A DNA stretch of 53,063 bases, taken from the NCBI GenBank assembly GCA_947177795.1, contig CAMWVR010000004.1, positions 1 to 53,063 of the forward strand. Reading direction: 5' to 3'. This stretch comes from an uncultured Clostridia bacterium (GTDB lineage: Bacteria; Bacillota; Clostridia; Christensenellales; UBA3700). Positions within the stretch are counted from its first letter, which is position 1; the number at the start of each line of letters is the position of its first letter. Below, one piece after another: positions 52,531 to 53,063 of the stretch. Both the position numbers and the translations under genes were made by a program. Under the pieces are notes generated by a model. It was not told the DNA's origin. It worked only from the letters and a program-made list of their open reading frames with translations, and did no database searches.

Positions 52531-53063
52531 TTATTCTTCGATTTCATTGGCGTTTATTTGTTTAACGTTCTCTATCATATCTTTGTCCATTTCCAATATA
52601 TATACGCAGGTAATTACGTCGCAGGAATAATCGCCTGGTTCATCAGGCAGTTTTCTTGACAAAGTTATATTCAGTGAATTTTCATTGATTTCAAAATCTT
52701 TAACTCTAAAGAAATATCCGCTACTTGCCCTAAATCTAAATAAAACCACTATGGACTTGTTTTGGAAGAATTCTTCATTATAATTTCTCAAAATTTCGAT
52801 TGTTTTCTTAGGACAGGTCTTTTCGTCGCAAAAGTCATTAAGTTCTTTGCCCGTACTTATTATTGTTGAAAGGTTATTGTCATTTACATATGAATCCCTA
52901 TAAATTTTAATACCTACTTTTTGGTCGAGTTTTCCTAATCTTTCCTCTACCTTTATTTGATTTATTTCATTTGCAACTGTCTTACTTATTTCAAATATGA
53001 GAATCTGAGTCGTTACGTCGGTAGTGGTATTGCCGTTGGCAGTAACCAAGTTGACGGTCATTA
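52531..53063 (-). CDS. Two-domain lipoprotein, paralog P5 (beta + B), 5' end cut by the window edge
   Basis: The reading frame is open to the window end. C-terminal stretch FFQNKSIVVLFRFRASSGYFFRVKDFEINENSLNITLSRKLP is identical to P2. Confidence 0.8.
   Translation of the reverse strand, partial: MTVNLVTANGNTTTDVTTQILIFEISKTVANEINQIKVEERLGKLDQKVGIKIYRDSYVNDNNLSTIISTGKELNDFCDEKTCPKKTIEILRNYNEEFFQNKSIVVLFRFRASSGYFFRVKDFEINENSLNITLSRKLPDEPGDYSCDVITCVYILEMDKDMIENVKQINANEIEE

Noticed and set aside
1-53063. I looked for tRNA, rRNA, tmRNA and other standard RNA genes, and for integrase or transposase genes.
   Set aside because: I recognised no cloverleaf-like or rRNA-like sequence in the intergenic regions larger than 100 nt, and no recombinase-like ORF in the track. 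The absence is judged by eye only.

Overview
The window looks like a chromosomal segment from a moderately low-GC, spore-forming Firmicute of the Clostridia type, judged from spoIIE, veg and a DUF3794/LysM protein. Housekeeping genes (alaS, serS, leuS, metF, a split metH) are interspersed with visibly AT-richer accessory blocks. All coordinates and counts below were made by hand from the sequence.

Main content, left to right:
- A caspase-like protease plus TIR-like protein pair, with Thoeris type IV-like architecture.
- A candidate invertible promoter: 27-bp perfect inverted repeats flank 82 bp that carry a perfect TTGACA-17-TATAAT promoter.
- A 2962-aa surface protein anchored at both ends, with BspA-type leucine-rich repeats and at least 15 Trp-rich tandem modules, followed by an overlapping partner gene.
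- A fused MacB/FtsX-type ABC transporter, a short AlaRS, tandem lipase paralogs and spoIIE.
- A leuS-serS-DUF1624 operon and a metF / activation-domain / metH operon.
- An AT-rich islet with a class II Fic protein and three XRE regulators. Their operator palindromes fill promoter spacers, and several of these genes appear leaderless.
- A LanFEG-like ABC immunity module with a two-component system.
- An S8 subtilase with a C-terminal Hint domain, preceded by five tandem mosaic two-domain lipoprotein paralogs. I tentatively call these PrcB-like.

Intergenic regions also carry at least 16 copies of a short hairpin repeat whose stems show compensatory changes. I saw no CRISPR array, tRNA, rRNA or transposase gene.
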